Assembly: GCA_051294375.1 (NCBI GenBank)
Contig: CM119265.1
Coordinates: 25,033,256 to 25,097,255 of the forward strand
Source of the DNA: Paraspadella gotoi
Taxonomy: Eukaryota; Animalia; Chaetognatha
Reading direction: 5' to 3'
Length of the DNA stretch: 64,000 nt
Made by a program: the position numbers and the translations under genes. Shown piece after piece: positions 27,711 through 38,591 of the stretch. The notes beneath the pieces are model-generated. The model did not search any database. It was not told the origin of the DNA and saw only the letters and a list, made by a program, of their open reading frames with translations. How positions within the stretch are numbered: position 1 is the first letter of the stretch; every line of letters begins with the position of its first letter.

Positions 27711-28039
27711 AAAATCCGGGAGTCGAAAAAGTCGTCCGACCAGCATAAAATTTTACGACGAATTAAAAGTTACCGTAAATCGTAAACTAATAAAGTAATA
27801 AATCGACTAATTCGCGTAATTTTATTTACAAAAAGTGGGAAAAAATAATGAGAGGAAAAAAAAGAACAAATTCCTTCGAAAATTCTGCATCAAAATGGAG
27901 AAATTCACTTGGGCCTTGGGCATTGGCATGGGCATTGGGCATTGGGCATTGGCATCAACGCAATGAACTTCGTGGAACAGATGATGACGCCTTAAACGTT
28001 GAAAATTCGCGGGAGATAAACGCGACCACAACAGCGAAT

Positions 28040-28126
<87 letters not shown>

Positions 28127-28171
28127 GTTCTCTCTCTCTCTCTCTCTCTCTCCACCCCCCCCATCATAACC

Positions 28172-31100
28172 ATGGTCTGGCAACTCGACGTGGACGAAAC
28201 CGTCCGCCTGGACGCCCATCGGATCGACCGCAACTCCCCAACGGTCCACCCCGGACGCCTTCGAGACGTCGCCCTCAATTCGGTCGTCGACGTCGCCGTC
28301 AAGAAGATCTACGTGGGGGCGTCGATGGAGGAGAAGGCGAAAGTGGCGAAGGAGGCCGTCGTCATGCGAGGAGCGGGAGAACATCCCAACATTCTCAAAC
28401 TCTTGGATTACAGGTTTTGGGTCGAGTGTCTCTTTCTCTCTTCGTCTATTTGTCCAATAGTCTGCTTGTTTTTCTGTTTGTTTAATTTTTGTTTGTATAT
28501 CTTTTTGTTTGTCTATTTTTCTCACTCCTTGTCTGTCAGTTTGTCTATTCATGTCTGTAGGCCTGTTTATTTGTCTGTTTTCTCTATACCTTTAAGCTTT
28601 ATCTTTCTGTCTCGTTGTGTCTGCCTCTTTTTATGTTACTCTTTAAAAAAAAATCAGATCGAAGTCAATCAATCAATCAACCGCATCCCCTTTCTTTCCC
28701 ATCATGAATCCTCCAGAGAGTTGGAGCGCGAAGTCTACGTGATCACGGAGAAGTGTCTTTGCACCTTTGAAGACATCTTCGCCGGGGAGTTCGAGGAAGT
28801 GAGGAACGAAATCGTGGAGACGCTGGGGAAGATTAAGATCGCCTCTCACATCCTCGACGGGGTGTGCCACCTCCACTCCATCGTCAAGGGTGAGAAAAAA
28901 AAGAGGGAATGGGCTCGTCCGGGAGTCGAACCCGGGACCTCTCGCACCCTAAGCGAGAATCATACCACTAGACCAACGAGCCAATTGCATATGCTTCGAG
29001 AATTTTTGGGTTTAAGAAACAGCTCTGTGTAAAACTGTTTAAAAATACACAGAAAAGGTGTATAAATAAGATAAATAAAATACATAAGAGTGATCACAGG
29101 GATAGGAGAGAAAATATGAAGAGGGGCTCGTCCGGGAGTCGAACCCGGGACCTCTCGCACCCAAAGCGAGAATCATACCACTAGACCAACGAGCCAATTG
29201 AGTATGTTTAGAAATTTTTTTGGTTTAAGAAACAACTCTGTTTAAAACTGCTTTAAAATACACAAAAAATGTAACATATAAGAGTTATCACAGGTACAGG
29301 AGAGAAGACGTGAAGAAGGGGCTCGTCCGGGAGTCGAACCCGGGACCTCTCGCACCCAAAGCGAGAATCATACCACTAGACCAACGAGCCAATTGTGTAC
29401 AATTAGAAAATTTGTTGGTTTAAAAAACAACTCTGTGTAAAACTGCTTTAAAATACACAAAATATGTAATATATAAGAGTTATCACAGGTATAGGAGAGA
29501 TGACATGAAGAAAGGGCTCATCCGGGAGTCGAACCCGGGACCTCTCGCACCCAAAGCGAGAATCATACCACTAGACCAACGAGCCAATTGTGTATGATTA
29601 GAAAATTTGTTGGTTTAAAAAACAACTCTGTGTAAAACTGCTTTAAAATACACAAAAATGTAATATATAAGAGTTATCACAGGTATAGGAGAGAAGACGT
29701 GAAGAAGGGGCTCGTCCGGGAGTCGAACCCGGGACCTCTCGCACCCAAAGCAAGAATCATACCACTAGACCAACGAGCCAGCCGACACTAAATAATTAAA
29801 TATAGAAAATAAAAAGAGGGAAAATGCCGGAAAAAGAAAAATCCAAACAAAAACAAAACTAAAAAAACTACCTAACCCCCTCCTTCCCCCCGGGTGGGGG
29901 GCGCAGGTCACGAAACGGTCCATCGCGACATCAAAGCCGGCAACATCTTCGTCCACCGCGACGAACGCCTCAACTTCGTCGTCAAAATCGGAGACTTTGG
30001 AATCTCGAAGGCGATAGACGTTGGACGAGGGAAGACGACCACCAATCCCTTGCAGGGGACCCAGGTTGGGATTGAAAGGAGGGAAATGCAGACTGACGGA
30101 CAGATTGACAACTTTGACACATTCTGGACGGAGCTGTCTTCCTTTTACGCTTTCTGTTTAACTTTCTTGATATTTTTTTAGATTTTTAATGAATGACTCC
30201 CTAACAAGAATATATTCGTAGTAATTTAATTGAAAACATTAATTAATCTTGGGTTGTAGAGATGATTCCGTTTTATCCAGAAAAAAAGACTAACCTCCCT
30301 CGCGGAAAGACCGTTCGCATTCCTTGTCACCCTTTCTTAGCCACAGAGACGGAAAGACTGACATGCCGACAGACAGACATATAAACACAGAAGACAGGCA
30401 AAGACAGGTATATTTTTGCTTGTACCTAGATCAAAAAACTTTAAATCCAAGCTTTTTTCCTCTAGAAACAATATTCTAAATATCTTGTCAGCTTATTGTT
30501 GAATTATTTTCCTTTTTCTTTTTTTTCTTTTTTTCTCGTTCTGTTAATTTAAATATTTATATTTTGTTGAATTGTAAACTGTACAATTTATCTGTAATGC
30601 TGTATGCCCTTTTGAATGTACTGTTTCAACTAATTGTTGTAAACGAATAAAACACATATATATTACAAACAGACAACAGACAGATAGATTATCCGACGGA
30701 TAAAAAGACTAACCAACAGCTTGACTAAGACAGACAGACCGACAGATCCCCAAAATCCATCGTCTCTCTCCCCCTCTCCAAAGTCCTACATGGCGCCGGA
30801 ACTCTTTCGGAACTTCGCCGCCGGTCACGTGACTCTCGAAGAGGCCAAGATGGCCGACGTTTACGCCGTCGGCATCATCGTCGGCCAAATATTCGCCGAC
30901 GGGAAACATCCGTTTGGCGGGAAAGACGTTTTGTACACGCAGCTGAATATGAGAGAAGATAAGAGAGATCCGATGGAGGTAAGATGGAGGGGAAGTTGCT
31001 GATTGGCCGGTCGTTCGTCGAAGGAGCCAATCAGAAAAGGGAGACGAAAGACGAGAGAAAACGAATTTGGGGACTCAAAGTTTGGACTCTCTCAATTTTA

Positions 31101-32377
31101 ATTCTATTGTTTTAAATGGGACTGACTTATTCGGGACCATGATAAAAGGCTTACATTTCTCTTATGTTCTCAATCTTTTCGCGACAATTTGATGTTCTCC
31201 AACCCCGACTTCTCCGTCCCTCCTTCTCAGTCCCATCCCACGACGAGCGTTCACAAAATCTCGTCTACACAATTTAGACGCGAAGTTCGACCGGCCCATA
31301 TCGGCCCACGGCGCCGGAGGCACGCTTGCACCCCTGCTCTCAATGGGTGGCGGAATGGAGGGCGCGGATTTGTTACAAGGTCAAGGCGGGGGGCGCTTTG
31401 ATGATGCGGAATCTTTGTTTATATTTCTATCTATTATTGTCATCCCTCACACTTCCTAACCCCATATTTCCGCCAAACATCGTCGCACTTCCCCCATACT
31501 TTCCTCCAACCACACTTCCCCGCCCCATCCCACACACAAAGGACGTCCACGCGGCGTCTGAAACGAAAAAGCCTGCGCCTACCGTGAACAGAACGTACGT
31601 CGGCGCTGGAATCGAACTGCCGAGATTTCTCTCTCGCTCAAAATTGAACTATGAGATTTCACGAGACATTTTCGATCGAGTCAACAAATGTCAATTGAGA
31701 TTTCTTGAAGAACACTGGAAGGAGGTTTGGATACCAGGTCGAAGGGAGGAGGCGGGAGAGAGGAAGGGGAGGCGGGAGAGAGAAGGGAGGGGAGACGGTG
31801 AGGGGGAGAGGGAGGGGGAGAGAGAGTGAAAAAGACTAAGGGGCGCGGGAAGGTTCAAAGATGTGCGCTGCTATAAATGCGCGTATGATAATAAATTATA
31901 ATTCAATATAAATAATATATTAATAGCTCGAATACGCCTGATGAAATTCCATAAAAGAGCAAGGAAATAGTTTGGATTTGGTTTATTATTTTACTATTGC
32001 TATTTTAATATTCAATTGTTAATTAGGTTTTGTTTTTTAACGATTTATTTGCACCATCTTTCGGCTTTTTAAAAGCCAATTCAATGTCAATCTTTGTTTA
32101 ATATTATTTGGTTTATTTTAGTCACTCGTAATTTGATAAATTCTTCCATCCATCCATCCCTTCAACTTCTCCCAAACAGGTCCACCTCGTCAAAGGTCTC
32201 CTCGCCTTCTACCGCAACTTGGAGACCCACAAGGCGGACTACTCTCAGCTGATGACCAAACACTTCATGACCCCAACTCCTCGTCGAGATGCGCTCCTCG
32301 AATACTTCGACCAGAGGTTCCCTCTTTTCTTCATGCACGTCTACGGGTTCGCCGTCGAACACTTTCCGTCCGTGCAA
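28172..32377 (+). CDS. IRE1/RNase L-like protein kinase plus KEN ribonuclease domain; exons 28172-28413, 28717-28889, 29907-30064, 30784-30978, 31231-31379 (contains indels), 31542-31724, 32180-32377
   Basis: aaccATGG start; motifs VAVKK, alphaC AKE, HPNIL, HRDIKAGN, KIGDFG, YMAPE, ADVYAVG, IRE1-type GKHPFG, RPTA..HP..W; KEN-like LLAFYRNLETH and LEYFDQRFPLFFMHVY; GT-AG junction phases match except inside exon 5. Confidence 0.85.
28911..28982 (-). tRNA. tRNA-Pro-AGG: tRNA-Pro (AGG)
   Basis: Reverse complement GGCTCGTTGGTCTAGTGGTATGATTCTCGCTTAGGGTGCGAGAGGTCCCGGGTTCGACTCCCGGACGAGCCC; T8 Pol III terminator at 28895-28902. Confidence 0.95.
29124..29195 (-). tRNA. tRNA-Pro-TGG: tRNA-Pro (TGG)
   Basis: Same 72-nt body with anticodon loop TTTGGGT. 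Confidence 0.95.
29319..29390 (-). tRNA. tRNA-Pro-TGG: tRNA-Pro (TGG)
   Basis: Identical to the copy at 29124. Confidence 0.95.
29514..29585 (-). tRNA. tRNA-Pro-TGG: tRNA-Pro (TGG), acceptor-stem variant
   Basis: One substitution (gggctcAtcc on +) turns a G-C acceptor-stem pair into G-U. Confidence 0.85.
29708..29779 (-). tRNA. tRNA-Pro-TGG: tRNA-Pro (TGG), anticodon-stem variant
   Basis: One substitution (aagcAagaat on +) turns a C-G anticodon-stem pair into U-G. Confidence 0.85.
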
Positions 32378-33094
32378 GTATTTTTTTTTAAGATTATTTA
32401 TCTATCATTATTTGTACAACGTAATAAAATACGGATGAAAATATGTCATGTCATCAAAGGGAAATACACGTGAAAATAAAGTCACTGCGGCGCAGCACAT
32501 TGGAATTACCGTTCTTGTCCTTTTTTTCTGGCTGTCATTAGAAAATTTCTTTGCAAGTCTAAACAATAAGTTTTAAGAGTGGTAATGATATTGATTTATT
32601 ATGCATATGGCATAAACGTACAATACAACACTAAAAAAAATTAACTGAAATATTTGAGAACATTTTTGTAGGCAATTATAGTATAAACATTAAACAATAA
32701 AAAGTAGTGTATTAAAGTCGTTTTTTCAAGTTAGCGAAAATATCTACGTTAAGAAAACGACAGTCACCAGTTTAAAGATCAATTATTATTTTCGCCTATT
32801 GAGAATTGAGATGGTAACATTTACTTTTAAACTTGATCTAAATCAATTTAATTAGCTACAATTAATAACACTGTGAAATAACCGATTATTTAAAAAACTG
32901 AGTACATTAATTAAATCAAAGTTGCATTTAAAAAAACGGCTCGAGTGTAACAAAAATCATTTCTTATTTTGTTTGAGTTTTCATATTCGAATGGCAGTTG
33001 TTAAGCAGACTTGTTTGCTATGATAGTTTGGGAATTTTCATCACCGCTTGCATCACATTTATTTGGTTCTAATTTTGTATCAGTTTGGTTATGC

Positions 33095-33649
33095 TTACGT
33101 AAAGAACTCTTCGTATTTGAAAGGTTTTTCCTTCGTGTGCGTAATTAAATGAATTTTAAGATCGCTCTTTTTTCTAAAAATTTTGAAACAAAATTCACAT
33201 GAAAACGTTTTTATGTTAGCGTGAGTAAAAAGATGTCGATTAAGACTGCTCTTGAATCGAAAAGATTTGCTACAAGAATAACATTTGAATGCTTTTTCCT
33301 TAGTATGTGTCAAATAATGACGTTTTAGACACATTTTCCGTCTGAAACATCGACCGCAAATTTCGCATTTAAATGGTCGTTGATCAGCGTGAATCAAGTG
33401 ATGATTTTTCAAAGCGCTCTTCTGCGTGAAGCGTTGGCTGCAATATTCACATTCAAATGGTTTTTCTTTCGTGTGAGTCAAGTAATGAATTTTAAGATAA
33501 CTTTTTTGCGAAAAACATTTGCTGCAAGATTCACATTTAAATGGTTTTTCTCCTGTGTGTGTCCTTAAATGTCTATGAAGAAGGCTCTTGCACGAAAAAC
33601 CCTTGTCACAAAATTCGCAGGCAAACGGAATTTTTTCGGCGTAATTCAT
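33095..33649 (-). CDS. C2H2 zinc-finger protein with six tandem fingers, single visible exon
   Basis: Six CxxC-x12-HxxxH repeats with TGEKPF/TKEKPF linkers in a 184-aa ORF. Confidence 0.9.
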   Translation of the reverse strand: MNYAEKIPFACEFCDKGFSCKSLLHRHLRTHTGEKPFKCESCSKCFSQKSYLKIHYLTHTKEKPFECEYCSQRFTQKSALKNHHLIHADQRPFKCEICGRCFRRKMCLKRHYLTHTKEKAFKCYSCSKSFRFKSSLNRHLFTHANIKTFSCEFCFKIFRKKSDLKIHLITHTKEKPFKYEEFFT

Positions 33650-34149
33650 TTTTTTAAATTTTTTTTAAAATTTAAGATGTTTTCGATTGATGTGAGAATC
33701 AGAAAGAGAATTAAATGCAGTTTTTGCAATCGCGATTTCCGTATTTTTGAATTTTGTTCAGAACTGAAAATTAAATTACCTCAAAAATATCCAACTTAGT
33801 AAAGCTTTTGTATTGACAAAGTAACAGAGTTAATTTTTTGTAGCTTTCGTAGAGGAAGAAGGGAAGCGAATACGACGGTGAAGCCAAACGAATGAGAGGA
33901 CAGAGTCATTGTTTTTTCTCGAGGGTCATTGTTTCGTGTCGTNNNNNNNNNNNNNNNNNNNNNNNNNNNNNNNNNNNNNNNNNNNNNNNNNNNNNNNNNN
34001 NNNNNNNNNNNNNNNNNNNNNNNNNNNNNNNNNNNNNNNNNNNNNNNNNNNNNNNNNNNNNNNNNNNNNNNNNNNNNNNNNNNNNNNNNNNNNNNNNNNN
34101 NNNNNNNNNNNNNNNNNNNNNNNNNNNNNNNNNNNNNNNTCTCTCCCAG

Positions 34150-37100
34150 GGAATGGAGGACGAACTTTCCGCCCACCGAAAATTCGCCGCCAGTTTCTCT
34201 CGTTCGGTTCCACGATTCCATCCGAAGAAAACGACGCTGATGCCACGAGCGCCTCTGGAGGCTGAAGAGGGAAGATCGAAACAAAAGACAATCAAGGCGG
34301 AGACCGAGACGACGACGACAACAACGACAACTTACCCGGTCGACTCTCCTCCTCCTCTTCTTCCTCCTTCTCCTCTGCGTCCTTCCTTCGATCCTTCTAT
34401 CGAAGACGCCCCCTCCTCTTCCTCCTCTCTTCCTCCTCCTCCTCTTCCCGGCCTCATTGAACGCGCACGTCATTTGTTTTTCAAAAGATTGACTCCGATC
34501 TCTGAGCTTCTTCGATCCGCCACCGACTACATGGCGCTGTTTCCCTCGTCCCGGGCGGCCAACACGATGGCGAGGTTGGTCGTTATTTAGATTTCAAATT
34601 TAATATTTTAATATGATATAATGATAATACGTATAATATTTATATTTTAAATAAAAACTTTGCTATTGTCAAAATGTATAAAAAAATTTAAATTTTGCTT
34701 GTACTTTATAATATTTTTTATTTTTAAAAATAGAATTATTACTAATAAATTAATCAATAAAAAATATCTTATAATATACTTTGCTTAAAAATTTAAACTG
34801 TATTGAATTAAATTTAGATATGATAATCTTTTTTCTTGCATCTAAGGCCTGGGTTAAGTCACTTCAATTTAATATTTATTTTGAAAATACAATTCAAACT
34901 TTTTTCTTTAAATATTTTTTGAAAATAATATTTATATGTTTTATCCTTATTTTATATAAATCTTTTAAAACTTTACGAAGAATGGATGATCAACGATGGG
35001 AATATTTTTCCGTCGCCGATCCCAGGGGTGCCGCCCAACAGTTCGAGTATCGCCTCGGCGACGCCCTTCAAATTTCCATCGGCGATGAAGACGACATCTT
35101 GAATCGAATTCACGTGACTGCGAGGAACGAGCGGACCGGACAGACGGGACTCGTGCCCACGAAGGTGAGGACAGATGGACAGGCAGGCGAATCGATCAAA
35201 ATTGAAAAAAAAAGAATATTGAATCAATTGACCAATCAACCTTCCCCCCCCCAAAAAAAAGGACGTTGTCCCCCGTGGTTGGTATCACGGCCATCTCACC
35301 CCCGACGAGGCGTCCGTAGTGTTAAAATCCGCGCCGACCAAGATGCGGAAAGGCTCGTTCTTGATGCGGCACGACTTTCGCGGGATGCTGTGGCTTTCGG
35401 TGTCGACGAAGGCCATCGATTCTCAGACGATAGAACATTTCCAGGTGAGAGAGGCTCTCTCTCTCTTACCCTTACTCCTCTTCTCCTCCCTATTCCCTCT
35501 CCGCATCCGTCTCCTCTTCCCCCTTCCCTTCTACCTTCATCTCTTTCCTTTCCTCTCCTTGCCCTCTCTTCTCCTCTCCCCTTCTCCCTCTTCTCCCCTC
35601 TCTACCCTGATATCTCTCCCCCACATCCCATAAATCTCTCGCTCACTCATCGTCTCTCGACTCCCCCCTGATCTCTCCCTCTCTGCCCTCCTCTCTGACT
35701 CCCCACCCTACTCTCCTCTCCCTCCCCTTCTCTTCCCTCTCCTCCCCTCCATTACTCTTCCACTCACCCTACGCCTCCTGCTAGTCCCTCACCCCCTTTC
35801 TCTCCTCCCCCTCCACTCCCTTCAATCTACTATACCTCTTCCCACCCACGCCTCCCAGGTGAAAGGGTCTCACTTCCTCTACCATCTATCGGCCATTCCC
35901 GGACCGTCTTCAAGTCGGTGGTCGATCTGGTCGCCCACTACCAGATCCACCACCTCCCGCGATCCACGACGCGCTTGAGGTTTCCCCGCGGACGCGACGA
36001 ACGACGCCGAGTCGTGCATCGACTGGCGACGCCGTCGAGGGGCGCCGAACTCGTCGCCGCTAAAGATTATTTCAGGTGGGTGCGCCTCGCTCGATCCTCC
36101 AAAAGATGAAATGAAATTGTACATATACATATTATTGTACACATAGTACATACACTACATACATTGCACAATTGTATATTTTAGTATGATTTATTTGTAT
36201 CACATAATCAATATGGACAACTATGAATTTACAAGGAATCCAGAGCACTCAATGATCATTATCAGGTTCTAAAACATCTATATTATAAAACTTTAATATG
36301 GTCTCGCACTTGAATCTGTAAAATCGAAGTCATATATGTTAAGTTACAGCAAAACATTTGAAAAGAGAACAAAAGGATTGAAATCAAAATTATAGTTTTC
36401 ACCCTGAAACGCCAACCTCTACCCCATCTTCCCCATCATCTACCCCATCAACCTAATCTCCCCCATCATCCTCTTCTCCAGCCGCATCGACGAGGAGCTC
36501 AACTTCCTCGAGGGCGACTTCCTCAGCCTCGATTCGGACGGGTGGTTCCAAGAGAGAGCCGGCTACTACGTGACCACAAATTCTCGAACGGGTCGTCGAG
36601 GGATGGCGATATCCTCGATGCTCGTGCCGAGAGAATTTTATCTCGGGTAATGGATTGATTTGATCGATTTGATTGATTTCATTCGATTGTTTATGGATTT
36701 GATGAATCGAAGATCTATCATCTTTTTATATACTATTATTATTATTATTATTTTTGTTATATATAGGGAGTGGTTCTCATACCACTTCCTTGATAGGGAA
36801 CCTAGGAAACCGGGAAACCCTCGGAGTAAATAAACGAGACTGTGAGAGAGTCTTGATTGAAAGCTTGCAGGGACCCGCTATGTCATTATCTCGTAAGAGT
36901 GATGGAGGCCTTAAACCACCAATGCCTGTCCAAAGTCAGGGGCCAGATAATTTATTTATTAAATGAATTGAATAATTGTTTATTGGTTGTACTAATGTCA
37001 TAGTTTTCTTAACCTCGCCCCCCCCCAACCCCCCCCCCCTCCAGCTGGATGTCCGGCTCCCGCGCGGACGAGGCGCTTCGCGACGCCCGCGTCGGCGACT

Positions 37101-38591
37101 TTCTCCTTCGCAAAGAAAAGTCGGGCAAATTCTCCTCGTTTTTGTCGGTCAAGTGCCCGACAAAGACGCATCACGAGGGCATCTACGCGGACGACTTGCA
37201 CTGGTTCGTGGGATCTTTGGCTTTCGTGGATTCGCTCAATCTCGTCGAGTATTTCAAGCGAAACGCGGGTCATTGGGGGGTCAAACTCAGGTAAGGGGGG
37301 GGGGAAGAGAATGGGGCCAGAGTTTCGTTGTTTATGTTTTTTTTAAAAACAAACATTTATGTATAATTTAACTGTTTTCCTTTCTGAAAAAAAAACTATA
37401 GCCTCAATACGAAAGCTAAATGAAAGCTGAAAACAGTTTTGCATTGAATCTTGTTTTTTTAATTAGCTAAAATTTTTTTGAGATAAGTGATTCCTAGTTT
37501 TTATCAATTACGATAACAACAATGAAAACACAATAGTAATCGCAACGACTAAGACGAAATTAGTTGTTACTTCAGCTGAGACCGACCCTGAAAAGATATG
37601 ACAATATATCTTATATCTCCCCCCCTTCCACCTCCTCCTCCTCTTACCTCCTTCCAGATCCCCCGTCCCCTCACCACCCTCTGGCGCCGCCCCTCAATTC
37701 CACCACGCCCTCCCGCCTGCCTCCACTCTCTTCGTCGCCATCCAGACCCGCGTGGCGGGGTCGTCGGCGCACTTGACGATCCACTCGGGCGACGTGGTGC
37801 AGGCGGTGTCGACGGAGGCTTGGAACGATCTCGGCACGGGCTGGTACTCGGCCAAGAATCTGACGCGACATTCCGAGGTCGGCGCCTGCTTGTCCAACAC
37901 GCTCGTCCCAAAGGACTGGCTGCGGGAGGGCGTCGGGGAGGAAGAGGCCGAGAGGCTCCTCGCCGATCAACCCGTCGGCACCTTCATGATCCGGAGAGGG
38001 TCTCGGAGCGACGGTCGAGGCGGCGGCGGCGGCGTTGGCAACGGCAGCAGCGGCGGCAACGGCGTTCGCGCCGCAGAGAAGAAGAAGCCTCAAGCGAACC
38101 GTCGTTGGGAACTTCAAGGAGACTACAGCTTCATGCTGTCGTTGAAGACGGCCGACGGTCGAGCGGCGCACGTGGGGATCTTCGAGGCGACGGAGCGATA
38201 TACTCAGGTGCTTCGAAGAGCGCGGAGGACGTTGTCGCACGTGATTGTAAATAAGTTCACGCTATTTTAGATATGTATCGCGCGAGATATAATAAATTAA
38301 TTAATTAAGTAAACAAAAAATGAATTAAATTAACGAAGTTTGTAGGCATTCGTCTAAACCTAGATAGTGGATAACTTTCCTCACACTTTCATTGAATTTC
38401 CTTCACAGGGAACCGTCTGGGGAATTAAATTCGAGAGAGACTTTATCGACGTCTTCAACCTCGTCGATTATTACCGGAAAAACAAAGGAACATGGGGATG
38501 TTTGTTGACTCAGCCCTGTCCCCGAGTGAGGGCGAAGAAGTCGCTGAAAAAAGAGCAATCCTTGGATTTGGATCTCGGGATTTTCGATTAG
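34150..38591 (+). CDS. Pro-rich region plus three tandem SH3-SH2 pairs; exons 34150-34574, 34981-35164, 35262-35444, 35859-36075 (1-nt frameshift near 35904), 36482-36646, 37045-37290, 37658-38207, 38409-38591; either C-terminal half of the kinase-KEN protein or a separate gene
   Basis: SH3-like YRLGD..ARNERTGQTGLVP, AAKDY..EELNFLEGD..NSRTGRRG, HLTIHSGDVV..GWYSAKN; SH2-like WYHG..GSFLMR..FKSVVDLVAHY, FYLG..GDFLLR..LNLVEYF, EAERLL..GTFMIR..VFNLVDYY; intron phases consistent. Confidence 0.85.
36780..36997 (+). repeat. Dispersed repeat family A, intronic copy
   Basis: Shares cttgattgaaagcttg, gtccaaagtcagggg and attaaatgaat.ga.taatt blocks with 48400-48610. Confidence 0.7.

Noticed and set aside
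27848-29032. Single 394-aa ORF as the kinase
   Set aside because: Reads through a CT microsatellite, intron 1 and an antisense tRNA; the spliced model from ATG 28172 fits the motifs better
28172-32377. Assigning the symbol IRE1/ERN1 or RNASEL
   Set aside because: No luminal/TM or ankyrin region seen and the sequence is divergent; orthology cannot be shown without phylogeny
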